Assembly (NCBI GenBank): GCA_964016885.1
Contig: OZ024744.1
Span: 118,110,001-118,174,000 of the forward strand
Direction of reading: 5' to 3'
From: Eledone cirrhosa
Taxonomy: Eukaryota
DNA: 64,000 nucleotides
Shown here: piece after piece, positions 1 to 15,000 of the stretch
Numbering within the stretch: the stretch's first letter is position 1
How the letters are laid out: each line of letters begins with the position of its first letter
Notes under the pieces: model-generated
Seen by the model: only the letters and a program-made list of their open reading frames with translations
Told to the model about the DNA's origin: nothing
The model's database searches: none
Translations under genes and position numbers: made by a program

Positions 1-3000
1 ATGGGTATTGAATGTAGAGGATATGTGAAGGGTAGATTGTATGATGTCTGTGTTACATGGTAGTGAGACATGGGTAGTTAATGTAGAGGATATGTGAAGG
101 GTAGATTGTATGATGTCTGTGTATGTTACATGGTAGAGAGTAATGGGTAGTTAATGTAGAGGATGTGTGAAGGGTAGATTGAATGATGTCTGTGTATGTT
201 ACATGGTAGAGAGACATGGGTAGTTAATGTAGAGGATGTGTGAAGGGTAGATTGTATGATGTCTGTGTATATTACATGGTAGTGAGACATGGGTATTGAA
301 TGTAGAGGATATGTGAAGGGTAGATTGTATGATGTCTGTGTTACATGGTAGTGAGACATGGGTAGTTAATGTACAGGATGTGTGAAGGGTAGATTGTATG
401 ATGTCTGTGTATGTTACATGGCAGAGAGGCATGGGTAGGTAATGTAGAGGATGTGTGAAGGGTAGATTGTATGATGTCTGTGTATGTTACATGGTAGTGA
501 GACATGGGTATTGAATGTAGAGGATGTGTGAAGATAGATTGTATGATGTCTGTGTATGTTACATGGTAGAGAGACATGGGTAGTTAATGTAGAGGATGTG
601 TGAATGGTAGATTGTATGATGTCTGTGTATGTTACATGGTAGTGAGACATGGGTAGGTAATGTAGAGGATGTGTGAATGGTAGATTGTATGATGTCTGTG
701 TATGTTACATGGTAGAGAGACATGGGTAGTTAATGTAGAGGATGTGTGAAGATAGATTGTATGATGTCTGTGTATGTTACATGGTAGAGAGACATGGGTA
801 GTTAATGTAGAGGATGTGTGAAGGGTAGATTGTATGATGTCTGTGTATGTTACATGGTAGAGAGATATGGGTAGTTAATGTAGAGGATGTGTGAATGGTA
901 GATTGTATGATGTCTGTGTATGTTACATGGTAGTGAGCCATGGGTATTGAAAGTAGAGGATGTGTGAAGGGTAGATTGTATGATATCTCTGTATGTTACA
1001 TGGTAGAGAGACATGGGTAGTTAATGTAGAGGATGTGTGAATGGTAGCTTGTATGATGTCTGTGTTACATGGTAGTGAGACATGGGTAGTTAATATAGAG
1101 GATGTGTGAAGGGTAGATTGTATGATGTCTGTGTTACAAGGTAGTGAGACATGGATATTGAATGTAGAGGATGTGTGAAGGGTAGATTGTATGATGTCTG
1201 TGTTACAAGGTAGTGAGACATGGATATTGAATGTAGAGGATGTGTGAATGGTAGATTGTATGATGTCTGTGTATGTTACATGGTAGTGAGACATGGGTAG
1301 TTAATGTAGAGGATGTGTGAAGGGTAGATTGTATGATGTCTGTGTATGTTACATGGTAGAGAGTAATGGGTAGTTAATGTAGAGGATGTGTGAAGGGTAG
1401 ATTGAATGATGTCTGTGTATGTTACATGGTAGAGAGACATGGGTAGTTAATGTAGAGGATGTGTGAAGGGTAGATTGTATGATGTCTGTGTATATTACAT
1501 GGTAGTGAGACATGGGTATTGAATGTAGAGGATATGTGAAGGGTAGATTGTATGATGTCTGTGTTACATGGTAGTGAGACATGGGTAGTTAATGTACAGG
1601 ATGTGTGAAGGGTAGATTGTATGATGTCTGTGTATGTTACATGGCAGAGAGGCATGGGTAGGTAATGTAGAGGATGTGTGAATGGTAGATTGTATGATGT
1701 CTGTGTATGTTACATGGTAGAGAGACATGGGTAGTTAATGTAGAGGATGTGTGAAGATAGATTGTATGATGTCTGTGTATGTTACATGGTAGAGAGACAT
1801 GGGTAGTTAATGTAGAGGATGTGTGAATGGTAGCTTGTATGATGTCTGTGTTACATGGTAGTGAGACATGGGTAGTTAATATAGAGGATGTGTGAAGCGT
1901 AGATTGTATGATGTCTGTGTTACAAGGTAGTGAGACATGGATATTGAATGTAGAGGATGTGTGAAGGGTAGATTGTATGATGTCTGTGTTACAAGGTAGT
2001 GAGACATGGATATTGAATGTAGAGGATGTGTGAATGGTAGATTGTATGATGTCTGTGTATGTTACATGGTAGTGAGACATGGGTAGTTAATGTAGAGGAT
2101 GTGTGAAAGGTAGATTTGATGATGTCTATGTATGTTCCATGGTAGTGAGACATGGGTAATTAATGTAGAGGATGTGTGAAGGGTAGATTGTATGATGTCT
2201 GTGTATGTTACATGGTAGTGTGACATGGGTATTGAATGTAGAGGATATGTGAAGGGTAGATTGTATGATGTCTGTGTATGTTACATGGTAGTGAGACATG
2301 GGTATTGAATGTAGAGGATATGTGAAGGGTAGATTGTATGATGTCTGTGTATGTTACATGGTAGAGAGACATGGGTAGTTAATGTAGAGATTGTATGATG
2401 TCTGTGTTACATGGTAGTGAGACATGGGTAGTTAATGTAGAGGATGTGTGAAGGCTAGATTGTATGATGTCTGTGTTACATGGTAGTGTGACATGGGTAG
2501 TTAATGTAGAGGATGTGTGAAGGGTAGATTGTATGATGTCTGTATGTTACATGGTAGTGAGACATGGGTAGTTAATGTAGAGGATGTGTGAAGGGTAGAT
2601 TGTATGATGTCTGTGTATGTTACATGGTAGTGAGCCATGTGTAGTTAATGTAGAGGATGTGTGAATGGTAGATTGTATGATATCTGTGTTACATGGTAGA
2701 AAGACATGGGTATTGAATGTAGAGGATGGGTGAAGGGTAGATTGTATGATGTCTGTGTTACGAGTTAGTAAGACATGGTTAATGAACGTAGAGAATGTGT
2801 GAAGGGTAGATTGTACGATGTCTGTGTTACATGGTAGTGAGACATGGGTAGTTAATGTAGAGGATATGTGAAAGGTAGATTGTATGATGTCTGTGTATGT
2901 TACATGGTAGTGAGACATGGGTAGTTAATGTAGAGGATGTGTGAATGGTAGCTTGTATGATGTCTGTGTTACATGGTAGTGAGACATGGGTAGTTAATAT

Positions 3001-6000
3001 AGAGGATGTGTGAAGGGTAGATTGTATGCTGTCTGTGTTACAAGGTAGTGAGACATGGATATTGAATGTAGAGGATGTGTGAAGGGTAGATTGTATGATG
3101 TCTGTGTTACAAGGTAGTGAGACATGGATATTGAATGTAGAGGATGTGTGAATGGTAGATTGTATGATGTCTGTGTATGTTACATGGTAGTGAGACATGG
3201 GTAGTTAATGTAGAGGATGTGTGAAGGGTAGATTGTATGATGTCTGTGTATGTTACATGGTAGAGAGTAATGGGTAGTTAATGTAGAGGATGTGTGAAGG
3301 GTAGATTGAATGATGTCTGTGTATGTTACATGGTAGAGAGACATGGGTAGTTAATGTAGAGGATGTGTGAAGGGTAGATTGTATGATGTCTGTGTATATT
3401 ACATGGTAGTGAGACATGGGTATTGAATGTAGAGGATATGTGAAGGGTAGATTGTATGATGTCTGTGTTACATGGTAGTGAGACATGGGTAGTTAATGTA
3501 GAGGATGTGTGAAAGGTAGATTTGATGATGTCTATGTATGTTCCATGGTAGTGAGACATGGGTAATTAATGTAGAGGATGTGTGAAGGGTAGATTGTATG
3601 ATGTCTGTGTATGTTACATGGTAGTGAGACATGGGTATTGAATGTAGAGGATGTGTGAATATAGATTGTATGATGTCTGTGTATGTTACATGGTAGAGAG
3701 ACATGGGTAGTTAACATAGAGGATGTGTGAAGGGTAGATTGTATGATGTATGTGTTATGTGGTAGTGAGACATGGGTATTGAATGTAGAGGATGTGTGAA
3801 GGGTAGATTGTATGATGTCTCTGTATGTTACATGGTAGAGAGACATGGGTAGGTATTGTAGAGGATGTGTGAAGGGTAGATTGTATGATCTCTCTGTATG
3901 TTACATGGTAGAGAGACATGGGTAGTTAATGTAGAGGATGTGTGAAGGGTAGATTGTATGATGTCTGTGTTACAAGGTAGTGAGACATGGATATTGAATG
4001 TAGAAGATGTGTGAAGGGTTGATTGTATGATGTCTATGTTACATGGTAGTGAGACATGCATATTGAATGTAGAGGATATGTGAAGGGTAGATTGTATGAT
4101 GTCTGTGTATGTTACATGGTAGAGAGACATGGGTAGTTAATGTAGAGGATGTGTGAAGGGTAGATTGTATGAAGTCTATGTATGTTACATGGTAGAGAGA
4201 CATGGGTAGTTAATGTAGAGGATGTGTGAAGGGTAGATTGTATGATGTCTGTGTATGTTACATGGTAGTGAGACATGGGTAGTTAATGTAGAGGATGTGT
4301 GAAGGGTAGATTGTATGATATCTGTGTATGTTACATGGTAGAGAGACATGGGTAGTTAATGTAGAGGATGTGTGAATGGTAGATTGTATGATGTATGTGT
4401 TACATGGTAGTGAGACATGGGTATTGAAAGTAGAGGATGTGTGAAGGGTAGATTGTATGATATCTCTGTATGTTACATGGTAGAGAGACATGGGTAGTTA
4501 ATGTAGAGGATGTGTGAATGGTAGATTGTATGATGTCTGTGTTACATGGTAGTGAGACATGGGTAGTTAATATAGAGGATGTGTGAAGGGTAGATTGTAT
4601 GATGTCTGTGTTACAAGGTAGTGAGACATGGATATTGAATGTAGAGGATGTGTGAAGGGTAGATTGTATGATGTCTGTGTTACAAGGTAGTGAGACATGG
4701 ATATTGAATGTAGAGGATGTGTGAATGGTAGATTGTATGATGTCTGTGTATGTTACATGGTAGTGAGACATGGGTAGTTAATATAGAGGATGTGTGAAGG
4801 GTAGTTTTGATGATGTCTATGTATGTTCCATGGTAGTGAGACATGGGTAATTAATGTAGAGGATGTGTGAAGGGTAGATTGTATGATGTCTGTGTTACAT
4901 GGTAGTGAGACATGTGTAGTTAATGTACAGGATGTGTGAAGGGTAGATTGTATGATGTCTGTGTATGTTACATGGTAGTGAGACATGGGTATTGAATGTA
5001 GAGGATGTGTGAAGATAGATTGTATGATGTCTGTGTATGTTACATGGTAGAGAGACATGGGTAGTTAATGTAGTGGATGTGTGAATGGTAGATTGTATGA
5101 TGTCTGTGTATGTTACATGGTAGTGAGCCATGGGTAGTTAATGTAGAGGATGTGTGAAGAGTAGATTGTATGATGTATGTGTTACATGGTAGTGAGACAT
5201 GGGTATTGAACGTAGAGGATGTGTGAAGGGTAGATTGTATGATATCTCTGTATGTTACATGGTAGAGAGACATGGGTAGTTAATGTAGAGGATGTGTGAA
5301 TGGTAGATTGTATGATGTCTGTGTTACATGGTAGTGAGACATGGGTAGCTAATATAGAGGATATGTGAAGGGTAGATTGTATGATGTCTGTGTTACAAGG
5401 TAGTGAGACATGGATATTGAATATAGAGGATGTGTAAAGGGTAGATTGTATGATCTCTGTGTTACAATGTAGTGAGACATGGATATTGAATGTAGAGGAT
5501 GTGTGAATGGTAGATTGTATGATGTCTGTGTATGTTACATGGTAGTGAGACATGGGTAGTTAATGTAGAGGATGTGTGAAAGGTAGATTTGATGATATCT
5601 ATGTATGTTCCATGGTAGTGAGACATGGGTAATTAATGTAGAGGATGTGTGAAGGGTAGATTGTATGATGTCTGTGTTACATGGTAGTGAGACATGTGTA
5701 GTTAATGTACAGGATGTGTGAAGGGTAGATTGTATGATGTCTGTGTATGTTACATGGTAGTGAGACATGGGTATTGAATGTAGAGGATGTGTGAAGATAG
5801 ATTGTATGATGTCTGTGTATGTTACATGGTAGAGAGACATGGGTAGTTAATGTAGAGGATGTGTGAAGGGTAGATTGTATGATGTATGCGTTACGTGGTA
5901 GTGAGACATGGGTATTGAATGTAGAGGATGTGTGAAGGGTAGATTGTATGATGTCTCTGTATGTTACATGGTAGAGAGACATGGGTAGTTAATGTAAAGG

Positions 6001-9000
6001 ATGTGTGAAGGGTAGATTGTATGATGTCTGTGTTACATGGTAGAGAGAGATGGGTAGTTAATGTAGAGGATGTGTGAAGGGTAGATTGTATGATGTCTGT
6101 GTATGTTACATGGTAGAGAGACATGGGTAGTTAATGTAGAGGATGTGTGAAGGGTAGATTGTATGATGTCTGTGTTACATGGTAGTGAGACATGGGTAGT
6201 TAATGTAGAGGATGTGTGAAGGGTAGATTGTATGATGTCTGTGTATGTTACATGGTAGTGAGACATGGGTAGTTAATGTAGAGGATGTGTGAAAGGAAGA
6301 TTGTATGATATCTGTGTATATTACATGGTAGTGAGACATGGGTATTGAATGTAGAGGATGTGTGAAGGGTAGATTGTATGAAGTCTATGTATGTTACATG
6401 GTAGAGAGACATGGGTAGTTAATGTAGAGGATGTGTGAAGGGTAGATTTGATGATGTCTATGTATGTTCCATGGTAGTGAGACATGGGTAATTAATGTAC
6501 AGGATGTGTGAAGGGTAGATTGTATGATGTCTGTGTATGTTACATGGTAGAGAGACATGGGTAGTTAATGTAGAGGATGTGTGAAGGGTAGATTGTATGA
6601 TGTCTGTGTTACATGGTAGAGAGACATGGGTAGTTAATGTAGAGGATGTGTGAAGGGTAGATTGTATGATGTCTGTGTATGTTACATGGTAGAGAGACAT
6701 GGGTAGTTAATGTAGAGGATGTGTGAAGGGTAGATTGTATGATGTCTGTGTTACATGGTAGTGAGACATGGGTAGTTAATGTAGAGGATGTGTGAAGGGT
6801 AGATTGTATGATGTCTGTGTATGTTACATGGTAGTGAGACATGGGTAGTTAATGTAGAGGATGTGTGAAGGGTAGATTGTATGATATCTGTGTATATTAC
6901 ATGGTAGTGAGACATGGGTATTGAATGTAGAGGATGTGTGAAGGGTAGATTGTATGATGTCTGTGTTACAAGGTAGTGAGACATAGTTAATGAATGTAGA
7001 GAACGTGTGAAGGGTAGATTGTACGATGTCTGTGTATGTTACATGGTAGTGTGAAATGGGTATTGAATGTAGAGGATGTGTGAAGGGTAGATTATGTGAT
7101 GTCTGAGTTACAAGGTAGTGAGACATGGGTAGTTAATGTAGAGGATATGTGAAGGGTAGATTGTATGATGTCTGTGTATGTTACATGGTAGAGAGACATG
7201 GGTAGTTAATGTAGAGGATGTGTGAAGGGTAGATTGTATGATGTCTGTGTATGTTACATGGTACAGAGACATGGGTAGTTAATGTAGTGGATGTGTGAAT
7301 GGTAGATTGTATGATGTCTGTGTATGTTACATGGTAGTGAGCCATGGGTAGTTAATGTAGAGGATGTGTGAAGAGTAGATTGTATGATGTATGTGTTACA
7401 TGGTAGTGAGACATGGGTATTGAACGTAGAGGATGTGTGAAGGGTAGATTGTATGATATCTCTGTATGTTACATGGTAGAGAGACATGGGTAGTTAATGT
7501 AGAGGATGTGTGAATGGTAGATTGTATGATGTCTGTGTTACATGGTAGTGAGACATGGGTAGCTAATATAGAGGATATGTGAAGGGTAGATTGTATGATG
7601 TCTGTGTTACAAGGTAGTGAGACATGGATATTGAATATAGAGGATGTGTGAATGGTAGATTGTATGATGTCTGTGTATGTTACATGGTAGTGAGACATGG
7701 GTAGTTAATGTAGAGGATGTGTGAAAGGTAGATTTGATGATGTCTATGTATGTTCCATGGTAGTGAGACATGGGTAATTAATGTAGAGGATGTGTGAAGG
7801 GTAGATTGTATGATGTCTGTGTTACATGGTAGTGAGACATGTGTAGTTAATTTACAGGATGTGTGAAGGGTAGATTGTATGATGTCTGTGTATGTTACAT
7901 GGTAGTGAGACATGGGTATTGAATGTAGAGGATGTGTGAAGATAGATTGTATGATGTCTGTGTATGTTACATGGTAGAGAGACATGGGTAGTTAATGTAG
8001 AGGATGTGTGAAGGGTAGATTGTATGATGTCTGTGTTACATGGTAGAGAGACATGGGTAGTTAATGTAGAGGATGTGTGAAGGGTAGATTGTATGATGTC
8101 TGTGTTACATGGTAGTGAGACATGGGTAGTTAATGTAGAGGATGTGTGAAGGGTAGATTGTATGATGTCTGTGTATGTTACATGGTAGTGAGACATGGGT
8201 AGTTAATGTAGAGGATGTGTGAAAGGAAGATTGTATGATATCTGTGTATATTACATGGTAGTGAGACATGGGTATTGAATGTAGAGGATGTGTGAAGGGT
8301 AGATTGTATGAAGTCTATGTATGTTACATGGTAGAGAGACATGGGTAGTTAATGTAGAGGATGTGTGAAGGGTAGATTGTATGATGTCTGTGTATGTTAC
8401 ATGGTAGAGAGACATGGGTAGTTAATGTAGAGGATGTGTGAAGGGTAGATTGTATGATGTCTGTGTTACATGGTAGTGAGAAATGGGTAGTTAATGTAGA
8501 GGATGTGTGAAGGGTAGATTGTATGATGTCTGTGTATGTTACATGGTAGTGAGACATGGGTACTTAATGTAGAGGATGTGTGAAGGGTAGATTGCATGAT
8601 GTCTGTGTATATTACATGGCAGTGAGACATGGGTATTGAATGTAGAGGATGTGTGAAGGGTAGATTGTATGATGTCTGTGTTGCAAGGTAGTGAGACATG
8701 GTTAATGAATGTAGAGAACGTGTGAAGGGTAGATTGTACGAAGTCTGTGTATGTTACATGGTAGTGTGAAATGGGTATTGAATGTAGAGGATGTGTGAAG
8801 GGTAGATTATGTGATGTCTGTGTAACAAGGTAGTGAGACATGGGTAGTAAATGTAGAGGATATGTGAAGGGTAGATTGTATGATGTCTGTGTTACATGGT
8901 AGAGAGACATGGGTAGTTAATGTATAGGATGTGTGAAGGGTAGATTGTATGATGTCTGTGTATGTTACATGGTAGAGAGATATGGGTAGTTAATGTAGAG

Positions 9001-12000
9001 GATGTGTGAAGGGTAGATTGTATGATGTCTGTGTTACATGGTAGTGAGACATGGGTAGTTAATGTAGAGGATGTGTGAAGGGTAGATTGTATGATGTCTG
9101 TGTATGTTACATGGTAGTGAGACATGGGTAGTTAATGTAGAGGATGTGTGAAGGGTAGATTGTATGATATCTGTGTATATTACATGGTAGTGAGACATTT
9201 GTATTGAATGTAGAGGATGTGTGAAGGGTAGATTGTATGATGTCTGTGTATGTTACATGGTACAGAGACATGGGTAGTTAATGTAGTGGATGTGTGAATG
9301 GTAGATTGTATGATGTCTGTGTATGCTACATGGTAGTGAGCCATGGGTAGTTAATGTAGAGGATGTGTGAATGGTAGATTGTATGATGTCTGCGTTACAT
9401 GGTAGTGAGACATGGGTAGCTAATATAGGGGATATGTGAAGGGTAGATTGTATGATGTCTGTGTTACAAGGTAGTGAGACATGGATATTGAATGTAGAGG
9501 ATGTGTGAAGGGTAGATTGTATGATCTCTGTGTTACAATGTAGTGAGACATGGATATTGAATGTAGAGGATGTGTGAATGGTAGATTGTATGATGTCTGT
9601 GTATGTTACATGGTAGTGAGACATGGGTAGTTAATGTAGAGGATGTGTGAAAGGTAGATTTGATGATGTCTATGTATGTTCCATGGTAGTGAGACATGGG
9701 TAATTAATGTAGAGGATGTGTGAAGTGTAGATTGTATGATGTCTGTGTTACATGGTAGTGAGACATGTGTAGTTAATGTACAGGATGTGTGAAGGGTAGA
9801 TTGTATGATGTCTGTGTATGTTACATGGTAGTGAGACATGGGTATTAAATGTAGAGGATGTGTGAAGATAGATTGTATGATGTCTGTGTATGTTACATGG
9901 TAGAGAGACATGGGTAGTTAATGTAGAGGATGTGTGAAGGGTAGATTGTATGATGTATGTGTTACGTGGTAGTGAGACATGGGTATTGAATGTAGAGGAT
10001 GTGTGAAGGGTAGATTGTATGATGTCTCTGTATGTTACATGGTAGAGAGACATGGGTAGTTAATGTAGAGGATGTGTGAAGGGTAGATTGTATGATGTCT
10101 GTGTTACATGGTAGTGAGACATGGGTAGGTAATGTAGAGGATGTGTGAAGGGTAGATTGTATGATGTCTCTGTATGTTACATGGTAGAGAGACATGGGTA
10201 TTGAATGTAGAGGATGTGTGAAGGGTAGATTGTATGAAGTCTATGTATGTTACATGGTAGTGAGCCATGGGTAGTTAATGTAGAGGATGTGTGAAGCGTA
10301 GATTGTATGATGTATGTGTAACATGGTAGTGAGACATGGTATTGAAAGTAGAGGATGTGTGAAGGGTAGATTGTATGATATCTCTGTATGTTACATGGTA
10401 GAGAGACATGGGTAGTTAATGTAGAGGATGTGTGAAGGGTAGATTGCATGATGTCTGTGTTACAAGGTAGTAAGACATGGATATTGAATGTAGAGGATGT
10501 GTGAAGGGTAGATTGTATGATGTCTATGTTACATGGTAGTGAGACATGGGTAGTTAATGTAGAGGATGTGTGAAAGGTAGATTGTATGATGTCTGTGTAT
10601 GTTACATGGTAGTGTGACATGGGTAGGTAATGTAGAGGATGTGTGAAGGGTAGATTGTATGAAGTCTATGTATGTTACATGGTAGAGAGACATGGGTAGT
10701 TAATGTAGAGGATGTGTGAAGGGTAGATTGTATGAAGTCTATGTATGTTACATGGTAGAGAGACATGGGTAGTTAATGTAGAGGATGTGTGAAGGGTAGA
10801 TTGTATGATGTCTGTGTATGTTACATGGTAGAGAGACATGGGTAGTTAATGTAGAGGATGTGTGAAGGGTAGATTGTATGATGTCTGTGTATGTTACATG
10901 GTAGTGAGACATGGGTACTTAATGTAGAGGATGTGTGAAGGGTAGATTGTATGATGTCTGTGTATATTACATGGTAGTGTGAAATGGGTATTGAATGTAG
11001 AGGATGTGTGAAGGGTAGATTATGTGATGTCTGTGTTACAAGGTAGTAAGACATGGGTAGTTAATGTAGAGGATATGTGAAGGATAGATTGTATGATGTC
11101 TGTGTATGTTACATGGTAGAGAGACATGGGTAGTTAATGTAGAGGATGTGTGAAGGGTAGATTGTATGATGTCTGTGTATGTTACATGGTAGTGAGACAT
11201 GGGTAGTTAATGTAGTGGATGTGTGAATGGTAGATTGTATGATGTCTGTGTATGTTACATGGTAGTGTGACATGGGTAGTTAATGTAGAGGATGTGTGAA
11301 GGGTAGATTGTATGATGTCTGTGTTACATTGTAGTAAGACATGGGTATTGAATGTAGAGGATGTGTGAAGGGTAGATTGTATGATGTCTGTGTATGTTAC
11401 ATGGTAGTGAGACATGGGTATTGAAAGTAGAGGATGTGTGAAGGTTAGATTGTATGATATCTCTGTATGTTACATGGTAGAGAGACATGGATAGTTAATG
11501 TAGAGGATGTGTGAATGGTAGATTGTATGATATCTGTGTTACATGGTAGTGAGACATGGGTAGTTAATATAGTGGGTGTGTGAAGGGTAGATTGTATGAT
11601 GTTTGTGTTACAAGGTAGTGAGACATGGATATTGAATGTAGAGGATGTGTGAATGGTAGATTGTATGATGTCTGTGTATGTTACATGGTAGTGAGACATG
11701 GGTAGTTAATGTAGAGGATGTGTGAAAGGTAGATTTGATGATGTCTGTGTATGTTACATGGTAGTGAGACATGGGTAGTTAATGTAGAGGATGTGTGAAT
11801 GGTAGATTGTATGATGTCTGTGTATGTTCCATGGTAGTGAGACATGGGTAATTAATGTAGAGGATGTGTGAAGGGTAGATTGTATGATGTCTGTGTTACA
11901 TGGTAGTGAGACATGTGTAGTTAATGTACAGGATGTGTGAAGGGTAGATTGTATGATGTCTCTGTATGTTACATGGTAGAGAGACATGGGTATTGAATGT

Positions 12001-15000
12001 AGAGGATGTGTGAAGGGTAGATCGTATGAGATCTGTGTATGTTACATAGTAAAGAGACACGGGTAGTTAATGGAGAGGATGTGTGAAGGGTAGATTGTAC
12101 GATGTCTGTGTTACATGGTAGTGAGACATGGGTAGTTAATGTAGAGGATGTGTGAAGGGTAGATTGTATGATGTCTGTGTTACAAGGTAGTGAGACATGG
12201 ATATTGAATGTAGAGGATGTGTGAAGGGTAGATTGTATGATGTTTGTGTATGTTACATGGTAGAGACACATGGGTAGTTAATGTAGAGGATGTGTGAAGG
12301 GTAGATTGTATGATGTCTGTGTGTGTTACATGGTAGTGAGACATGGGTATTGAATGTAGAGGATGTGTGAAGGGTAGATTGTATGAAGTCTATGTATGTT
12401 ACATGGTAGTGAGCCATGGGTAGTTAATGTAGAGGATGTGTGAAGCGTAGATTGTATGATGTATGTGTAACATGGTAGTGAGACATGGTATTTAATGTAG
12501 AGGATGTGTGAAGGGTAGATTGTATGATATCTCTGTATGTTACATGGTAGAGAGACATGGGTAGTTAATGTAGAGGATGTGTGAACGGAAGATTGTATGA
12601 TGTCTGTGTTACATGGTGGTGAGACATGGATATTGAATGTAGAGGATGTGTGAAGGGTAGATTGTATGATGTCTGTGTTACAAGGTAGTGAGACATGGAT
12701 ATTGAATGTAGAGGATGTGTGAATGGTAGATTGTATGATGTCTGTGTATGTTACATGGTAGTGAGACATGGGTAGTTAATGTAGAGGATGTGTGAAAGGT
12801 AGATTTGATGATGTCTATGTATGTTCCATGGTAGTGAGACATGGGTAATTAATGTAGAGGATGTGTGAAGGGTAGATTGTATGATGTCTGTGTTACATGG
12901 TAGTGAGACATGTGTAGTTAATGTACAGGATGTGTGAAGGGTAGATTGTATGATGTCTGTGTATGTTACATGGTAGTGAGACATGGGTATTGAATGTAGA
13001 GGATGTGTGAAGATAGATTGTATGATGTCTGTGTATGTTACATGGTAGAGAGACATGGGTAGTTAATGTAGAGGATGTGTGAAGGGTAGATTGTATGATG
13101 TATGCGTTACGTGGTAGTGAGACATGGGTATTGAATGTAGAGGATGTGTGAAGTGTAGATTGTATGATGTCTCTGTATGTTACATGGTAGAGAGACATGG
13201 GTAGTTAATGTAGAGGATGTGTGAAGGGTAGATTGTATGATGTCTGTGTTACATGGTAGAGAGACATGGGTAGTTAATGTAGAGGATGTGTGAAGGGTAG
13301 ATTGTATGATGTCTGTGTATGTTACATGGTAGAGAGACATGGGTAGTTAATGTAGAGGATGTGTGAAGGGTAGATTGTATGATGTCTGTGTATGTTACAT
13401 GGTAGTGAGACATGGGTAGTTAATGTAGAGGATGTGTGAAAGGAAGATTGTATGATATCTGTGTATATTACATGGTAGTGAGACATGGGTATTGAATGTA
13501 GAGGATGTGTGAAGGGTAGATTGTATGAAGTCTATGTATGTTACATGGTAGTGAGACATGGGTATTGAATGTAGAGGATGTGTGAAGGGTAGATTGTATG
13601 AAGTCTATGTATGTTACATGGTAGAGAGACATGGGTATTGAACGTAGAGGATGTGTGAAGGGTAGATTGTATGATGTATGTGTTACAAGGTAGTGATACA
13701 TGGTTAATGAATGTAGAGAACGTGTGAAGGGCAGATTGTACGATGTCTGTGTATGTTACATGGTAGTGTGAAATGGGTATTGAATGTAGAGGATGTGTGA
13801 AGGGTAGATTATGTGATGTCTGTGTTACAAGGTAGTAAGACATGGGTATTGAATGTAGAGGATGTGTGAAGGGTAGATTGTATGATGTCTCTGTATGTTA
13901 CATGGTAGAGAGACATGGGTAGTTAATGTAGAGGATGTGTGAATGGTAGATTGTATGATGTCTGTGTTACATGGTAGTGAGACATGGGTAGTTAATATAC
14001 AGGATGTGTGAAGGGTAGATTGTATGATGTCTGTGTTACAAGGTAGTGAGACATGGATATTGAATGTAGAGGATGTGTGAAGGGTAGATTGTATGATGTC
14101 TGTGTATGTTACATGGTAGTGAGCCATGGGTAGTTAATGTAGAGGATGTGTGAAGGGTAGATTGTATGATGTATGTGTTACATGGTAGTGAGACATGGGT
14201 ATTGACAGTAGAGGATGTGTGAAGGGTAGATTGTATGATATCTCTGTATGTTACATGGTAGAGAGACATGGGTAGTTAATGTAGAGGATGTGTGAATGGT
14301 AGATTGTATGATGTCTGTGTTACATGGTAGTGAGACATGGGTAGTTAATATACAGGATGTGTGAAGGGTAGATTGTATGATGTCTGTGTTACAAGGTAGT
14401 GAGACATGGATATTGAATGTAGAGGATGTGTGAAGGGTAGATTGTATGATGTCTGTGTTACAAGGTAGTGAGACATGGATATTGAATGTAGTGGATGTGT
14501 GAATGGTAGATTGTATGATGTCTGTGTATGTTACATGGTAGTGAGACATGGGTAGTTAATGTAGAGGATGTGTGAAAGGTAGATTTAATGATGTCTATGT
14601 ATGTTCCATGGTAGTGAGACATGGGTAATTAATGTAGAGGATGTGTGAAGGGTAGATTGTATGATGTCTGTGTTACATGGTAGTGAGACATGTGTAGTTA
14701 ATGTACAGGATGTGTGAAGGGTAGATTGTATGATGTCTGTGTATGTTACATGGTAGTGAGACATGGGTATTGAATGTAGAGGATGTGTGAAGATAGATTG
14801 TATGATGTCTGTGTATGTTACATGGTAGAGAGACATGGGTAGTTAATGTAGAGGATGTGTGAAGGGTAGATTGTATGATGTCTCTGTATGTTACATGGTA
14901 GAGAGACATGGGTAGTTAATGTAGAGGATGTGTGAAGGGTAGATTGTATGATGTCTGTGTTACATGGTAAAGAGACATGGGTAGTTAATGTAGAGGATGT

